Source of the DNA: Chloroflexota bacterium
GTDB taxonomy: Bacteria; Chloroflexota; Anaerolineae; B4-G1; SLSP01
Assembly: GCA_022707705.1 (NCBI GenBank)
Contig: JAKJAC010000009.1
Span: 373 to 47,440 of the forward strand
Direction of reading: 5' to 3'
Length of the DNA: 47,068 nt
The notes under the pieces are model-generated. The model did not search any database, was not told where the DNA came from, and worked only from the letters and a program-made list of their open reading frames with translations. The translations under genes were made by a program, and so were the position numbers. Positions 46,403-47,068 of this stretch are shown here, in pieces. Each line of letters starts with the position of its first letter. Within the stretch, counting starts at the first letter, position 1.

Positions 46403-47068
46403 ATGACACAACTCACCCTAAAGGAAATCGCCAGTTTGGCGGGAGTTTCTCGCACTACTGCCTCCAGGGTACTGAACGACCAACCGCATGTGCGCTCTGA
46501 ATTGCGCGAGCGAGTGTTGCGGGTGGTGGCGGAGACCCGCTATCATCCCAATCCGGTAGCGCGCTCCCTTGCCTTGCAGGAATCCCGCATGATCGGTTTG
46601 GTGGTGCCGCGCAGCGTACATTCCTTTTTCTCCGACCCCTATTTCCCGCGTCTGACGCAGGGCATCGCCGAGGCGTGCAATCAATACGATTACACGTTAT
46701 CGCTATTTCTTGTGCAGACACCCCAGGATGAGGCGAAGGTCCTCCCCAAGATTACCAGCAGGGGTTTCCTGGATGGGGTGGTGGTTCAGGTTGGGCAGAG
46801 AGAGGATCACCTTATTGCGACGCTGGCAGATTCGGGACTTCCGATGGTGGTTGCCGGGCGTCCTGAGATTGCGGATAGGGTGAGCTTTATTGATGTCAAC
46901 AATCTCGAGGGCGCCTACAACGCTGTGATACATCTGCTAAAACTGGGACGACGGCGGATTGCCACGATTACCGGCGGTTTGAATACCGCGGTGGGATTGG
47001 ATCGCAAGCTGGGCTTTGAGCGCGCTCACGCTGAGATGGGTATACCCTTCGATCCAACGCTCATTGCT
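46403..47068 (+). CDS. LacI-family transcriptional regulator (3' partial, runs off the window)
   Basis: This gene is absent from the ORF track because no stop lies within the window. The translation begins MTQLTLKEIASLAGVSRTTASRVLNDQPHVRSELRERVLRVVAETRYHPNPVARSL, a LacI helix-turn-helix, and continues into a periplasmic-binding-fold core (IGLVVP..., GFLDGVVV, GRRRIATITG). GAGGGGG lies upstream of the ATG. Confidence 0.85.
   Translation, partial: MTQLTLKEIASLAGVSRTTASRVLNDQPHVRSELRERVLRVVAETRYHPNPVARSLALQESRMIGLVVPRSVHSFFSDPYFPRLTQGIAEACNQYDYTLSLFLVQTPQDEAKVLPKITSRGFLDGVVVQVGQREDHLIATLADSGLPMVVAGRPEIADRVSFIDVNNLEGAYNAVIHLLKLGRRRIATITGGLNTAVGLDRKLGFERAHAEMGIPFDPTLIA

Overview
A 47-kb, fairly GC-rich bacterial chromosomal segment with about 33 protein-coding genes. 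I found no rRNA, tRNA or CRISPR array. The Thr/Pro-linker lipoproteins, SD-led genes and near-consensus sigma70-type promoters suggest Chloroflexota, but that guess is low confidence.

Gene content, left to right:
- A redox cluster: a 5'-truncated tandem-HdrA/MvhD fusion, an HdrC/B-like CCG protein, and EtfA/EtfB.
- A SulP-STAS-cNMP anion transporter and a membrane HExxH protein.
- A minus-strand recD2 / hybrid histidine kinase / REC-kinase operon.
- A roughly 2.0-kb IS5/IS1182-like insertion sequence.
- A saccharopine-dehydrogenase-family gene, a frameshifted ABC ATPase with its permease, and rlmN.
- An envelope and peptide-processing neighbourhood: vWA lipoprotein, M28 peptidase, TP-linker lipoprotein, L,D-transpeptidase, M19 dipeptidase, and an uncharacterised Cys-His-Asp protein.
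- A P-type Ca/Mg-type ATPase, a PHB-depolymerase-family esterase and an OYE flavoenzyme.
- A GalU-like gene translationally coupled to a 1111-aa GHMP-kinase/UDPGP-pyrophosphorylase fusion.
- An MBL hydrolase, a GH13 amylase lipoprotein, an alpha/beta hydrolase, a nitroreductase, and a 3'-truncated LacI regulator with two operators.

The observations most worth a second look:
1. Two diverged copies of a roughly 130-nt intergenic element. Its 19-20 bp hairpin covaries, and the tail downstream of the hairpin changes mostly at codon third positions.
2. The kinase/pyrophosphorylase fusion and its degenerate GalU-like partner.
3. The Hdr-Etf cluster.
4. The IS architecture, with many subterminal GATTACG motifs.

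Many ORF-track starts are over-extended. Where an SD-preceded internal start is visible, I report that start instead.
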